Shown: one piece after another, positions 1-9,438 of the stretch
Layout: the number at the start of each line of letters is the position of its first letter
Position numbering within the stretch: position 1 is the first letter of the stretch
NCBI GenBank assembly: GCA_040389905.1
Contig: JAZJZK010000007.1
Location: 1-64,000, forward strand
Length of the DNA stretch: 64,000 nucleotides
DNA from: Gemmatimonadota bacterium
Lineage (GTDB): Bacteria; Gemmatimonadota; Gemmatimonadetes; Gemmatimonadales; Gemmatimonadaceae
Direction: 5' to 3'
Notes under the pieces: model-generated
What the model saw: only the letters and a program-made list of their open reading frames with translations
The model's database searches: none
Told to the model about the DNA's origin: nothing
Made by a program: the position numbers and the translations under genes

Positions 1-173
1 TGAAGGAGACGCGGCGGAAGGATGGCAGCTACATCCGCTTCGACGAGAACGCCGTGGTGATCATCAATGATGCAGGCGAGCCGAGGGCCACGCGTATCTT
101 CGGCCCCGTCGCCCGCGAGCTGCGCGAGAAGAAGTACATGAAGATCGTCTCGCTCGCGCCCGAGGTCCTGTAA
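1..173 (+). CDS. rplN: 50S ribosomal protein L14, 3' part (truncated by window edge)
   Basis: Frame from nt 3 reads [21 protein letters not shown]...[27 protein letters not shown], the L14 C-terminus, directly upstream of rplX. Confidence 0.97.
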   Translation, partial: KETRRKDGSYIRFDENAVVIINDAGEPRATRIFGPVARELREKKYMKIVSLAPEVL

Positions 174-174
174 G

Positions 175-579
175 ATGCGTATTCTCAAGTACAAGAAGAC
201 CGACCGCGCCCGCCACAAGGGCCAGAAGCGTCACGCGCAGAATTCGGAGCGCGTGAAGCTGCACGTCAGCACGGGCGACACGGTGAAGGTCGTGCGCGGT
301 GACGACAAGGGTCACGTGGGCAAGGTGATGCGCGTGTACCGGAAGACGGGCCGCGTGGTGGTGGAGGGCGCCAACTTCGTGAAGCGTCATCGGAAGGCGC
401 GCACGGCCGACGAGCAGGGGGGGATCGTCTCGTTCGAGGCGCCCATCCACGCGTCGAACGTGATGCTGCTCGATCCGAAGTCGGATGCGCCGACGCGTAC
501 GCGCCGCCGTATCGACACGGACGGAACCAAGGAGCGCTTGGCCGTGAAGAGTGGGGAAGCAATTCCCCGCGTCCGCTAA
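175..579 (+). CDS. rplX: 50S ribosomal protein L24 with basic N-terminal extension
   Basis: KOW motif [18 protein letters not shown] and EAPIHASNV; spc operon position. Confidence 0.97.
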   Translation: MRILKYKKTDRARHKGQKRHAQNSERVKLHVSTGDTVKVVRGDDKGHVGKVMRVYRKTGRVVVEGANFVKRHRKARTADEQGGIVSFEAPIHASNVMLLDPKSDAPTRTRRRIDTDGTKERLAVKSGEAIPRVR

Positions 580-598
580 GCCCTGAGAGGAATAGAGA

Positions 599-1315
599 AT
601 GGCGACCAAGGACACGAAGGAAAAGAAGGGCGGCAAGCCGGCAGCCGGCGCGCCTGGCGGCGCGAAGCAGCCGAAGAGCGCCGGCAAGAAGAAGGGCGGC
701 GAGGAGAAGAAGGCGCGCGGCCCCCACGCTGGTGCGGGCAAGCCGGTGCCGGCGCCGCGCCTGAAGGCGTACTACGAGAACACGGTCCGCGGGAAGCTGA
801 CGGAGCAGTTCGGGTTGAAGAACCCGCACCAGCTGCCGACGCTGACGAAGATCGTGCTGAACGTGGGCGCGGGCGAGGCGATCAAGCAGCCGAAGTTCCT
901 CGACAACATCGTGGAGGAGCTGGCGACGATCACGGGGCAGGCGCCGGTGCGTCGCAAGGCGAAGAAGTCGATCGCGAACTTCGGCCTCCGCGAGGGGCAG
1001 GAGATCGGTGCGTCGGTGACGCTCCGTGGCGCGCGCATGTGGGAGTTCATGGACCGGTTCGTCACCGTCGCGCTGCCGCGCGTGCGTGACTTCCGCGGCG
1101 TGGGCACCAAGTCGTTCGACGGGCGTGGCAACTACTCGCTGGGCATCAAGGAGCAGATGATCTTCCCGGAGATCAACTACGATTCGATCGAGTCGATCCA
1201 CGGCATGGACATCACGTTCGTCACGTCGGCCGGCCGCGATGACATCGCGCTTGCCCTGCTCAAGGAGCTGGGCATGCCGTTCCGTGGCGACGACAAGAAG
1301 GGTTCGCGGCTGTAG
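599..1315 (+). CDS. rplE: 50S ribosomal protein L5 with Lys/Gly-rich N-terminal extension
   Basis: [44 protein letters not shown]. Confidence 0.98.
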   Translation: MATKDTKEKKGGKPAAGAPGGAKQPKSAGKKKGGEEKKARGPHAGAGKPVPAPRLKAYYENTVRGKLTEQFGLKNPHQLPTLTKIVLNVGAGEAIKQPKFLDNIVEELATITGQAPVRRKAKKSIANFGLREGQEIGASVTLRGARMWEFMDRFVTVALPRVRDFRGVGTKSFDGRGNYSLGIKEQMIFPEINYDSIESIHGMDITFVTSAGRDDIALALLKELGMPFRGDDKKGSRL

Positions 1316-1316
1316 G

Positions 1317-1355
1317 CAGTCGGACCGTCTGACAGTCGGACAGTCTGACAGTCAG
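1317..1355. repeat. 8-bp degenerate tandem repeat (CAGTCGGA/CCGTCTGA/CAGTCTGA), ~4.5 units
   Basis: cagtcgga ccgtctga cagtcgga cagtctga cagtca in the rplE-rpsN spacer. Confidence 0.75.
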
Positions 1356-1389
1356 TGAGAACACCACAAGTCAGAAGAGAGACACTGCA

Positions 1390-1575
1390 ATGGCTCGTAA
1401 GGCCATGATCGAGAAGAGCAAGCGGAAGCCGAAGTTCCAGGTGCGTGTGCACAATCGTTGTGGCCGGTGCGGGCGCTCGCGCGCCTTCCTGCGCCGCTTC
1501 GGTCTCTGCCGCATCTGCTTCCGCGAGCTGGCGCTGTTCGGGATGATCCCGGGCGTTCGGAAGGCCAGCTGGTAG
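1390..1575 (+). CDS. rpsN: 30S ribosomal protein S14, short Zn-binding (C+) type
   Basis: 61 aa; RCGRCGR...[12 protein letters not shown]...IPGVRKASW. Confidence 0.98.
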   Translation: MARKAMIEKSKRKPKFQVRVHNRCGRCGRSRAFLRRFGLCRICFRELALFGMIPGVRKASW

Positions 1576-1585
1576 GACCGTAGGT

Positions 1586-1613
1586 CGGCGTGCGGCGTAC
1601 GGCGTACGGCGCA
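1586..1613. repeat. 7-bp tandem repeat (CGGCGTA-like), ~4 units
   Basis: cggcgtg cggcgta cggcgta cggcgca just after rpsN. Confidence 0.7.
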
Positions 1614-1678
1614 CACCACGCATTCACATTCATTCCGCCACGTCCGAAGGGATACGAGCGGACAAGGGATCAGATTAC

Positions 1679-2080
1679 ATGAGCATGACAGATCCGATCG
1701 CCGACATGCTGACGCGGATCCGCAATGCCTGCGGATCGAAGCACCGCCGCGTCGACATGCCGGTGTCGAAGATGAAGACCGAGGTTGCGCGCATCCTGAA
1801 GGAGAACGACTTCATCCAGGATTACGCGACCGTCGAGACCGAGGAAGGGAAGAAGGTGCTGCGCGTGCGGCTCAAGTACGCGGCGGGTGGCCAGCCGGTC
1901 ATCCGTGCGCTGGAGCGCGTGTCCACGCCGGGCCTCCGCAAGTACGTCGGCGTCGCCGACGTGCCGCGCGTCCGCAACGGCCTCGGCATCGCGATTCTCT
2001 CCACGTCGAAGGGGCTGATGTCCGACCGTGAGGCGCGTCAGGCGCGCACGGGCGGCGAGCTCCTCGCCCTCGTCTGGTAA
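1679..2080 (+). CDS. rpsH: 30S ribosomal protein S8
   Basis: [36 protein letters not shown]. Confidence 0.98.
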   Translation: MSMTDPIADMLTRIRNACGSKHRRVDMPVSKMKTEVARILKENDFIQDYATVETEEGKKVLRVRLKYAAGGQPVIRALERVSTPGLRKYVGVADVPRVRNGLGIAILSTSKGLMSDREARQARTGGELLALVW

Positions 2081-2091
2081 AGGAGAGACAC

Positions 2092-2634
2092 ATGTCGCGT
2101 ATTGGAAAGGCACCGGTCGTCATCCCGAATGGCGTCACGGTCACGATCAAGGACGGCAACACGGTCACGGTGAAGGGCCCCAAGGGGGAACTGACCCGCA
2201 CGGTGCCGGCCGCGATGGACCTGAAGCAGGAAGGCGGCGAGCTGCTCGTGACGCGTCCCTCGGACGAGCCAGGCCACAAGTCGCTGCACGGCCTGACGCG
2301 CACCCTCATCGCCAACATGGTGGAAGGGGTGACGAAGGGCTTCACGAAGAACCTCGAGCTCGTGGGCGTCGGGTACAAGGCGGAGGTGCGGCCCTACGGG
2401 CTGCAGCTCGCGCTGGGCTACTCGCACGCGATCGAGTACAAGGCTCCGGCGGGCATCAAGCTGAGCGCCCCGGCGCCGACGCAGATCCTCGTCGAGGGCT
2501 CGAACAAGGAAGTGGTCGGCCAGGTCGCCGCGGAGATCCGCAGCCTGCGTCCGCCCGAGCCGTACAAGGGGAAGGGCGTGAAGTACGCGGGCGAAGTCAT
2601 TCGCCGTAAGGCCGGCAAGGCGGGAGGTAAGTAA
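2092..2634 (+). CDS. rplF: 50S ribosomal protein L6
   Basis: [22 protein letters not shown]. Confidence 0.98.
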   Translation: MSRIGKAPVVIPNGVTVTIKDGNTVTVKGPKGELTRTVPAAMDLKQEGGELLVTRPSDEPGHKSLHGLTRTLIANMVEGVTKGFTKNLELVGVGYKAEVRPYGLQLALGYSHAIEYKAPAGIKLSAPAPTQILVEGSNKEVVGQVAAEIRSLRPPEPYKGKGVKYAGEVIRRKAGKAGGK

Positions 2635-2637
2635 GCC

Positions 2638-2994
2638 ATGGGAATCAAGATTCCGAAGAATCGCGCCGAGAAGCGCGTTCGCCGTCACCTTCGCGTCCGC
2701 AAGGCCGTGCAGGGCACGGCCGAGCGTCCGCGCCTGGTGGTGTTTCGCTCGCTGAAGCACATCACCGCCCAGCTGGTGGACGACGACGCGGCGCGCACGC
2801 TCGCGACGGTCACGTCGACCAAGGTTGGCGAGGGGAAGAAGTCCGAGAAGTCGCTCGAGGTCGGGAAGCAGATCGCGGTGGTCGCCAAGGAGAAGGGGAT
2901 CACGAAGGTCGTCTTCGACCGCGGTGGGTATCAGTATCACGGCCGCGTGAAGGCGGTGGCCGACGGAGCCCGCGAAGGCGGGCTGGAGTTCTAA
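2638..2994 (+). CDS. rplR: 50S ribosomal protein L18
   Basis: [37 protein letters not shown]. Confidence 0.98.
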   Translation: MGIKIPKNRAEKRVRRHLRVRKAVQGTAERPRLVVFRSLKHITAQLVDDDAARTLATVTSTKVGEGKKSEKSLEVGKQIAVVAKEKGITKVVFDRGGYQYHGRVKAVADGAREGGLEF

Positions 2995-2995
2995 C

Positions 2996-3826
2996 ATGGA
3001 ATCGAATTCGAACGAGGGAGCCCCGGCGACGGGCGGACAGACCGGCGGCGCACCTCGCAGCGGTGGTGGCGGCGCGCAGGGTGGACGGAGCGCGCGCAGC
3101 GGTGGCGGCGGCGGTGGACGTGGCGGCCCAGGCGGCGGTCGCGGACGCGGCGGTCCGGGCGGTGGCGGCGGTGGCCGTGGCCGTGGCGGTCCGGGCGGCG
3201 GCCCTGGTGGCGGTCGTGGCGGCCCCGGTGGCGGCCAGGGCGGCGGTCCCGGTGGCGATCGCGGCGGTCGTGGTGGTGGACGCGGCGGCGACAGCCGGGG
3301 TGGCGGCGAGCGCGAGCAGAGTGACCTGATCGAGAACGTCGTCGCGATCAACCGCGTGGCGAAGGTCGTGAAGGGCGGACGTCGGTTCAGCTTCAACGCG
3401 CTGGTCGCCGTGGGCGACGGGCAGGGGAAGGTGGGCTATGCGTCGGGCAAGGCGAACGAAGTCTCCGAGGCGGTCCGCAAGGCCGTCGAAGCGGCGCGTC
3501 GCAACCTGGTGACGGTGCCCCTCACGGGCGCCACGATCCCGCACGAAGTCACGGGCAAGCATGGCGCCGGCGAAGTCTGGATGAAGCCGGCGGCTCCGGG
3601 CGCCGGCGTGATTGCCGGCGGCGCGGTGCGCGCCGTGATGGAGTGTGTCGGCATCAGCGACATCCTCACGAAGAGCCTTGGCTCGACGAACCCGCACAAC
3701 ATGGTTCGCGCGGCGATGGACGGACTGGCGCAGCTCACGACGGTGGACCAGGTCGCGCGCGAGCGCGGCGTGGACGCGAGCAAGCTGGGCTACCGGTCGC
3801 GCGGCAAGTCGAAGGTGACGGCATAA
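2996..3826 (+). CDS. rpsE: 30S ribosomal protein S5 with ~105-aa Gly/Arg-rich N-terminal extension
   Basis: [43 protein letters not shown]. Confidence 0.98.
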   Translation: MESNSNEGAPATGGQTGGAPRSGGGGAQGGRSARSGGGGGGRGGPGGGRGRGGPGGGGGGRGRGGPGGGPGGGRGGPGGGQGGGPGGDRGGRGGGRGGDSRGGGEREQSDLIENVVAINRVAKVVKGGRRFSFNALVAVGDGQGKVGYASGKANEVSEAVRKAVEAARRNLVTVPLTGATIPHEVTGKHGAGEVWMKPAAPGAGVIAGGAVRAVMECVGISDILTKSLGSTNPHNMVRAAMDGLAQLTTVDQVARERGVDASKLGYRSRGKSKVTA

Positions 3827-4077
3827 TGGCACGGACATTCGTGTGGCACCCGAGCAAGGGGCCCAAGACGACCGGCAAGAACGAGCTGACCACGGGCAAG
3901 GTGCGCATCAAGCAGGTGCGCTCGGGCATCGGTCACTCGTGGAAGATGAACCTGACGCTCAAGGCGATCGGGCTCAAGCACCACCAGGACGAGGTAGTCA
4001 AGCAGGACTCCCCCGCGCTTCGTGGACAACTCAAGCAGGTGCGCCACCTCATTGAGGTGGTGCCCGTCGAGGAGTAA
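3826..4077 (+). CDS. rpmD: 50S ribosomal protein L30 with N-terminal extension (83 aa)
   Basis: ATG overlaps the rpsE stop (TAATG); VRIKQVRSGIG...TLKAIGLK...DSPALRGQLKQVRHLI; lies between rpsE and rplO. Confidence 0.93.
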   Translation: MARTFVWHPSKGPKTTGKNELTTGKVRIKQVRSGIGHSWKMNLTLKAIGLKHHQDEVVKQDSPALRGQLKQVRHLIEVVPVEE

Positions 4078-4081
4078 GACA

Positions 4082-4537
4082 GTGGCGACGGACAAGATCG
4101 GCCTTCACAACCTCTCGCCCGCACCGGGCAGCAATCGGGATCGCAAGCGTCTTGGACGCGGCCCGGGCTCCGGAACGGGTAAGACGTCGGGCAAGGGCCA
4201 TAAGGGTATCAAGGCACGCGCGGGCCACCACGGCCCCGGCGGCGGCAAGCCGCAGTTCGAAGGTGGTCAGATGCCGCTCACGCGTCGTCTGCCGAAGCGT
4301 GGTTTCACCAATCCGTTCCGCGAGGAATCCAATGTCATTCGTCTCGACCAGCTCACAGGGCTGGAGGGCGATGTGACGGCGGAATCGCTTCGTGCGGCGG
4401 GTCTCGTGAAACGCAGCGGTCCGGTCAAGGTGTTGGCGAATGGCGAAGTCGCGTCCGCAGTGACGGTGCGTGGCCTCAAAGTCAGCGCCAAGGCCCGTGA
4501 CGCGATCGTCGCGGCTGGTGGGTCGGTAGAGGAATAG
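4082..4537 (+). CDS. rplO: 50S ribosomal protein L15
   Basis: GTG start at 4082; RKRLGRGPGSGTGKTSGKGHKG; FEGGQMPLTRRLPKRGF. Confidence 0.97.
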   Translation: MATDKIGLHNLSPAPGSNRDRKRLGRGPGSGTGKTSGKGHKGIKARAGHHGPGGGKPQFEGGQMPLTRRLPKRGFTNPFREESNVIRLDQLTGLEGDVTAESLRAAGLVKRSGPVKVLANGEVASAVTVRGLKVSAKARDAIVAAGGSVEE

Positions 4538-4615
4538 GAGACAGGGGACAGGAGACAGGGGACAGGTTCAGCGCGTTGTACCTGTCGCCTGATGCCTGAC
4601 ACCTGACACCTGACA
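4537..4615. repeat. 7-bp tandem repeats in inverted arrangement (GG[A/G]GACA x4 ... CCTG[TC/AT/AC]N x5)
   Basis: ggagaca ggggaca ggagaca ggggaca gg ... cctgtcg cctgatg cctgaca cctgaca cctgaca in the rplO-secY spacer. Confidence 0.75.
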
Positions 4616-4628
4616 TTCAAGGAGTTCC

Positions 4629-5969
4629 ATGGCCCAGAATAATGCCGCTGCGGCGGTATCGAGTGTGTTTCGCACGCCGGAGCTGAAGGACAAGATCCTC
4701 TTCACGCTGCTGTGCCTGTTCATCTATCGGGTGGGCGCGCACGTAACGGCGCCCGGCGTTGACGTACTTGCAATCACGGACTTCTTCCAGAACCAGTCGC
4801 AGAAGAACGGGTTGCTCGGCCTGTATGACCTGTTCACGGGTGGCGGATTGTCGAAGGCGACGGTATTCGCCCTCGGGATCATGCCATATATCTCGGCGAG
4901 CATCTTCCTGCAGATCGCGGGCGCCGTGATTCCGCAGGTCGAGAAGATGCAGAAGGACGAAGAGGGCAGAAAGAAGATCAACCAGTGGACGCGGTATGCC
5001 ACCGTGGCGCTCGCCGCGGTGCAGGGTTGGGGCTTCGCACTGTTCACGGAGTCGTTGACGGGTGCCGTGGCGTCACCGGGCATGTCGTTCCGCTTGATGA
5101 TGGCCTTCTTCCTGACGACGGGTGCGATCTTCGTCATGTGGCTGGGCGAGCAGATCACGGAGCGCGGGCTCGGCAATGGCGCGAGCTTGATCATCTTCTT
5201 CTCGATCGTCGAGCGCATCTGGCCGGGCATCGGCACGACGTACAACTACGTTGCCACGGGCGCGCTTGGACTGTTCAACCTGTTCGTGCTGATCGCAGTG
5301 ATGGTGGTGGTGGTGGCCGGTGTGGTCGCAATCACCATGGCGGCGCGCCGCATCCTCATCCAGATCCCGCAGCGCACGATGGCGCGGGGACGGATGCGCG
5401 AAGCCGCACGCAGCTTTATCCCGCTCCGCATCAACACCGCCGGCGTCATGCCGATTGTGTTCGCGCAGTCGATCATCGTCGTACCGGGCGCGTTTGCGCA
5501 GTTCACGCACAACGCCACGGCGCAGCGCATCTCGGAGCTGTTCACACCGGGGAGCGTGCTGTACCTGATCGCCAACGCGGTACTCATCCTGTTCTTCACG
5601 TACTTCTACACGTCGATCATCTTCAACCCGATTGACCTGGCGGAGAACCTGAAGAAGCAGGGCGGCTTCATTCCCGGCGTCAAGCCGGGTGCGAAGACGG
5701 CGGAGTACATCGACACCGTGGTGTCACGCATCACGCTGCCGGGCGCGCTGTTCCTGACGTTCATCGCGCTGCTGCCGGTCGTGGTGTCGCGTGCGGCGAA
5801 CGTCCCGTTCACGTTCGGTGGAACGTCGCTGTTGATCGTTGTCGGTGTCGCGCTCGACACACTGGCGCAGATGCAGCAGCACCTGCTCCTCCGCAAGTAC
5901 GATGGCTTCATGAAGAAAGGAAAGTTGAAGATTCGCGGACGTCAGCAGCCGGGTCCCGCGGGCTTCTAA
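4629..5969 (+). CDS. secY: Preprotein translocase subunit SecY
   Basis: FALGIMPYISASI, MWLGEQITERGLGNGASLIIF, GGFIPGVKPG, FGGTSLLIVVGV. Confidence 0.99.
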   Translation: MAQNNAAAAVSSVFRTPELKDKILFTLLCLFIYRVGAHVTAPGVDVLAITDFFQNQSQKNGLLGLYDLFTGGGLSKATVFALGIMPYISASIFLQIAGAVIPQVEKMQKDEEGRKKINQWTRYATVALAAVQGWGFALFTESLTGAVASPGMSFRLMMAFFLTTGAIFVMWLGEQITERGLGNGASLIIFFSIVERIWPGIGTTYNYVATGALGLFNLFVLIAVMVVVVAGVVAITMAARRILIQIPQRTMARGRMREAARSFIPLRINTAGVMPIVFAQSIIVVPGAFAQFTHNATAQRISELFTPGSVLYLIANAVLILFFTYFYTSIIFNPIDLAENLKKQGGFIPGVKPGAKTAEYIDTVVSRITLPGALFLTFIALLPVVVSRAANVPFTFGGTSLLIVVGVALDTLAQMQQHLLLRKYDGFMKKGKLKIRGRQQPGPAGF

Positions 5970-5981
5970 GGCCTTCACACG

Positions 5982-6620
5982 ATGATCATCGTTCTTTTCG
6001 GAAAGCCAGGTGCAGGAAAGGGAACACAGGCGCCGCTGCTCGCAGCGGCGCTTGGTGTTCCAACGCTGTCGACGGGCGACGAGCTACGCTCGGCAATTCG
6101 CGCGGGGACCACACTCGGTCTCGAGGCGAAGGCGTACATGGATCGCGGTGATCTCGTACCGGATTCGGTGATCCTCGGCATTCTCAAGCAGGCGATGAGC
6201 GAGCCGCGCGCAGCCGGTGGCGTGCTGCTCGACGGCGTTGTGCGCACCGTCCCGCAGGCCGAGGGATTGTCCGTGGTATGCGAGGAGCTTGGTCGCCGAG
6301 TCGATGCGGTGCTGTGCTTCGACATCGATGATGACGAGATCGTTCGGCGTCTCGCCGAACGCACCGTCTGCGAGCGCTGTCAGACGCCGTATACGGGCCG
6401 CGAGCCGGGCACGCCGTGCGACAACAATGACGGCGGGGCGCTCATCCGCCGAAAGGACGACGAGCCAGATGCCATCCGTAACCGGCTCGAAGTCTACGCC
6501 CGGCAGACGGCGCCGGTGCTTGCCTGGTTCCGCGAGCACGGCACCAAGGTCGCGGTAATCGATGCCGTGGGACGGGTGCAGGACGTGACCGCGCGCGCGC
6601 TTGGCGTGCTGGCCTCCTGA
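5982..6620 (+). CDS. adk: Adenylate kinase
   Basis: P-loop GKPGAGKGTQA, STGD, GDLVPD, LLDG, lid with CERC...CDNND. Confidence 0.96.
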   Translation: MIIVLFGKPGAGKGTQAPLLAAALGVPTLSTGDELRSAIRAGTTLGLEAKAYMDRGDLVPDSVILGILKQAMSEPRAAGGVLLDGVVRTVPQAEGLSVVCEELGRRVDAVLCFDIDDDEIVRRLAERTVCERCQTPYTGREPGTPCDNNDGGALIRRKDDEPDAIRNRLEVYARQTAPVLAWFREHGTKVAVIDAVGRVQDVTARALGVLAS

Positions 6621-6638
6621 ATGCCGCGCGGTGATCGC

Positions 6639-7391
6639 GTGATACAACTCAAGAGCGTCCGCGAAATCGACATCATGGCCGAGGGGGGCAAGATCCTCGC
6701 GGCCACGCATGCGATGCTCCGTCGCGAGGTCCGACCTGGGGTCTCGACCGAAGCACTCGACGCACTGGCGGAGGCGTTCATTCGCAGCCACGACGGTGCG
6801 ACGCCCGCCTTCAAGGGACTGTATGGTTTCCCAGGTACACTGTGCACGTCGATCAACCAGGAGATCGTGCACGGCATTCCCTCGAAGAAGCGCGTGCTGA
6901 AAGACGGCGACATTATTTCCATCGATCTCGGCGTTGGTTTCCGGGGCTACTTCACGGATGCCGCACAGACCGTGGCCGTCGGGCACGTGGATACCGAAGC
7001 GGCCCGACTGCTCGAGGTGACCGAACAATCACTGGCGGCTGGAATTGCCGCAGCGTTGCCGGGCAATCATCTCGGCGATATCGGTGCAGCGGTTCAGCGC
7101 GTTGTCGAGGACGCGGGATTCAGCGTCGTGCGGGACCTCGTTGGACATGGCATTGGCGTCGAGTTCCACGAGGAGCCGCAGGTGCCGAACTACGGAAAGG
7201 CGAAGCGCGGGCTGAAGCTGGTGCCGGGTCTGACGTTGGCGATCGAACCGATGGTGAACATCGGCGGGCCGGCGACGCGGACGCTTGCGGACAAGTGGAC
7301 GATCGTGACCGTCGACGGGTCGCGCTCGGCGCACTTCGAGCACACGGTCGCTATTACGACCACCGGGAATCGGGTGCTCACCGCCGCCTGA
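6639..7391 (+). CDS. map: Methionine aminopeptidase type I (alternative ATG at 6621)
   Basis: CTSINQEIVHGIP, GHGIGVEFHEEPQV, AIEPMV, SAHFEHT. Confidence 0.97.
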   Translation: MIQLKSVREIDIMAEGGKILAATHAMLRREVRPGVSTEALDALAEAFIRSHDGATPAFKGLYGFPGTLCTSINQEIVHGIPSKKRVLKDGDIISIDLGVGFRGYFTDAAQTVAVGHVDTEAARLLEVTEQSLAAGIAAALPGNHLGDIGAAVQRVVEDAGFSVVRDLVGHGIGVEFHEEPQVPNYGKAKRGLKLVPGLTLAIEPMVNIGGPATRTLADKWTIVTVDGSRSAHFEHTVAITTTGNRVLTAA

Positions 7392-7400
7392 CGGCGCCTG

Positions 7401-7668
7401 GCAAACTGACGTACTCCGTACCGAGTACAGACACACACGTACGAGGTACCCGGAACCGTGAACCCGCACTGGCATCCGAGCCAAGAGGAGCCATCGATAC
7501 ATTCGATGGCATCGACACGACGCCAAACGCAGTTCCGAGTTTGCGACAGCGTTTGGCGTGACGCCACTTTCGATGGCTCTTCTTGGCCAGTATGCCAGTC
7601 AGGGTACCAGAGCCCGAGTACGTCGTACGTCAGTTGTCATACTTGGCACGCGAAGTACGGCTGTCTGC
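7401..7668. repeat. ~268-bp long imperfect inverted-repeat (fold-back) element, copy 1 (MITE-like or structured RNA)
   Basis: Arms of ~95-100 bp are mutually complementary (e.g. ACTGGCATCCGAGCCAAGAGGAGCCATCGA vs TCGATGGCTCTTCTTGGCCAGTATGCCAGT); homologous to 52950-53215. Confidence 0.85.
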
Positions 7669-7671
7669 TCA

Positions 7672-9438
7672 TCATCCTTTCGCCGCTCGTACCTTGGTAA
7701 CCTGGGCAGCGCTCCAGGCGCGCAACCGCTCGCGATAGAACACGACCCGAGCCTCAGCGCTCGACGCCACGTTGATCCGCTCGGCGGGGTCGGTGCACAC
7801 GTCGAACAGCTTCGAGCGGCGCGACTCCATCTCGTACGTGTACTTCATGCAGCCGTCACGCAGGCCGAGCAGTCCGAGCGAATAGTCGGTAAAGAAGAGC
7901 GCCATCCCCGGCTCGGCGCCGAGCAACGAGTTGCCCTGAAAGGCGGCCGGAGCGTGGACGCCGACGAGGTCGAGAATCGTCGGCGCGACATCCATCAGGC
8001 TCACCGGATAGTCAACGTCGAGACGGGCTTGCGCGCGGGTTCCGCGGACGGGCCGCGCGATGAGCAGGGGTACGTGTACGTTCTCTTCGTACAGCGCGAG
8101 GTCGTGACCGTAGTTGCCGCGGTGTTGTCCGAACGCTTCGCCGTGATCACCGAAGACCACGACGACAGTGGAACTATCGAGCCCCCGTTCGGCGAGTCCA
8201 CGGAGAAGGGTGCCGATCGCTGCGTCGCCTTCGTGCAGCGCGTTGCGATAGCGATTCGATTCGTCCGTCGCGTCGAACGGGCCTGGCATGGAGTAGCCAT
8301 ATGGATGATGGCCCGCGATCGGCAGGTACGCCGCGAAGAAGGGCTGACGGCGTGGAACAGCATCGATCCACCGCAAGACGTGATCGACCGCCGCGCGCTC
8401 GTCCACGCCGAAGCTCGAGGCATGATTGCCGCCAATGTCTCCCGCGTCCTCGAGCCGCTCAAAGCCGGCATTGGCGAGCAGCTCGCTCATCCCGAGGTAC
8501 ACGAAGCGGCCCGAGTGAAAGAGTCCGGTCTTGTATCCGTCGTGGGCAAGCGCGGTCGCGACCGACGCCGACATCATGGGCGCGTGGTGTTCCGCGGACA
8601 CGTCGAAGCCAGGATACCGTGACGCGAGCGTGGCGACGAGCCCTTTGACACTCTCGGGGTAGGCCGTGTAGGCGTTGGTGAAGACAACTGAGCGTCGCGC
8701 GAGCGCGCTGAGGTTCGGTGTGGGATCGGACGTCGCACCGAACGCGCCGAGGTATTGCGCCGCGGTCGACTCGAGAATGATGAGGAGCACGTTCGCGCGC
8801 GGTGCAATCGTGCGCAGGGCTGCAAGCGATTCGCGTGGCGACGGTGTCGTGCCGTGACTACCGCCGAATGGACTCGAGCGCCAATCCGCGGAACGCATCT
8901 CGGTCAGCGCCCCCGCGTGCACGCGCGGGACCGCGGTGCGCGCCAACGTCCATACCGCATTGCGTTCGAGCCCGTTCGTCTCGACTCGGCGCGCAGCCGT
9001 CGGCCCTAGGAGCACCAGTGCCGCGGCCACAGGGATCCAACGCCTGCCCGGCTGATGCTCGCGCTTCCAGATGAAGGGCAGAGCCACGCCGAGTGCGATG
9101 ATGCCGGCCACCGCGAGCATGTTGGGAGTCGTGGCGTGATACCGGATGGAGTCGGAGAGTGTTCCCGTCGCTGCACGTAGCATGGGCGCAGTGAGCGGTG
9201 TGCCGAGCACGCGGACGACCGGAAGCGTAATCGCGACGAATGCGACGATCACCGCGTACGCCACGCGCGCGGGAAGGGGATGCCGAACGATGCGCTCGAA
9301 CGCGGCGAAGACGAGGACCACTGCGAGGTCCTGCGAGACGAGGGCGAACGGCATCAGCGGCGACGCCGGCACCGGGTGCGCGGCCAGCGTGATAATTCTC
9401 GCCGCAATCAGGACGACCAAAAGGCACGATGCCATCAT
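7672..9438 (-). CDS. Membrane-anchored sulfatase / LTA-synthase-like (alkaline phosphatase superfamily) protein
   Basis: N-terminal TM helices, then NVLLIILEST, FGDHGEAFGQH, HVPLLI, DVAPTILD; ATG overlaps the upstream TGA (ATGA). Confidence 0.85.
   Translation of the reverse strand: MMASCLLVVLIAARIITLAAHPVPASPLMPFALVSQDLAVVLVFAAFERIVRHPLPARVAYAVIVAFVAITLPVVRVLGTPLTAPMLRAATGTLSDSIRYHATTPNMLAVAGIIALGVALPFIWKREHQPGRRWIPVAAALVLLGPTAARRVETNGLERNAVWTLARTAVPRVHAGALTEMRSADWRSSPFGGSHGTTPSPRESLAALRTIAPRANVLLIILESTAAQYLGAFGATSDPTPNLSALARRSVVFTNAYTAYPESVKGLVATLASRYPGFDVSAEHHAPMMSASVATALAHDGYKTGLFHSGRFVYLGMSELLANAGFERLEDAGDIGGNHASSFGVDERAAVDHVLRWIDAVPRRQPFFAAYLPIAGHHPYGYSMPGPFDATDESNRYRNALHEGDAAIGTLLRGLAERGLDSSTVVVVFGDHGEAFGQHRGNYGHDLALYEENVHVPLLIARPVRGTRAQARLDVDYPVSLMDVAPTILDLVGVHAPAAFQGNSLLGAEPGMALFFTDYSLGLLGLRDGCMKYTYEMESRRSKLFDVCTDPAERINVASSAEARVVFYRERLRAWSAAQVTKVRAAKG

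Noticed and set aside
3060..3310. GGC/GGT-rich tracts (also 12856-12925 and 13860-13902) as DNA repeat elements
   Set aside because: They are in-frame Gly/Arg-rich protein segments with synonymous variation.
7458..7700. ORFs inside the fold-back elements (also 7558-8622, 53050-53481, 53088-53507, and the 52878-53060 extension of the TonB receptor)
   Set aside because: The shared peptide strings come from the DNA repeat; frames differ between copies and they overlap real genes on the other strand.
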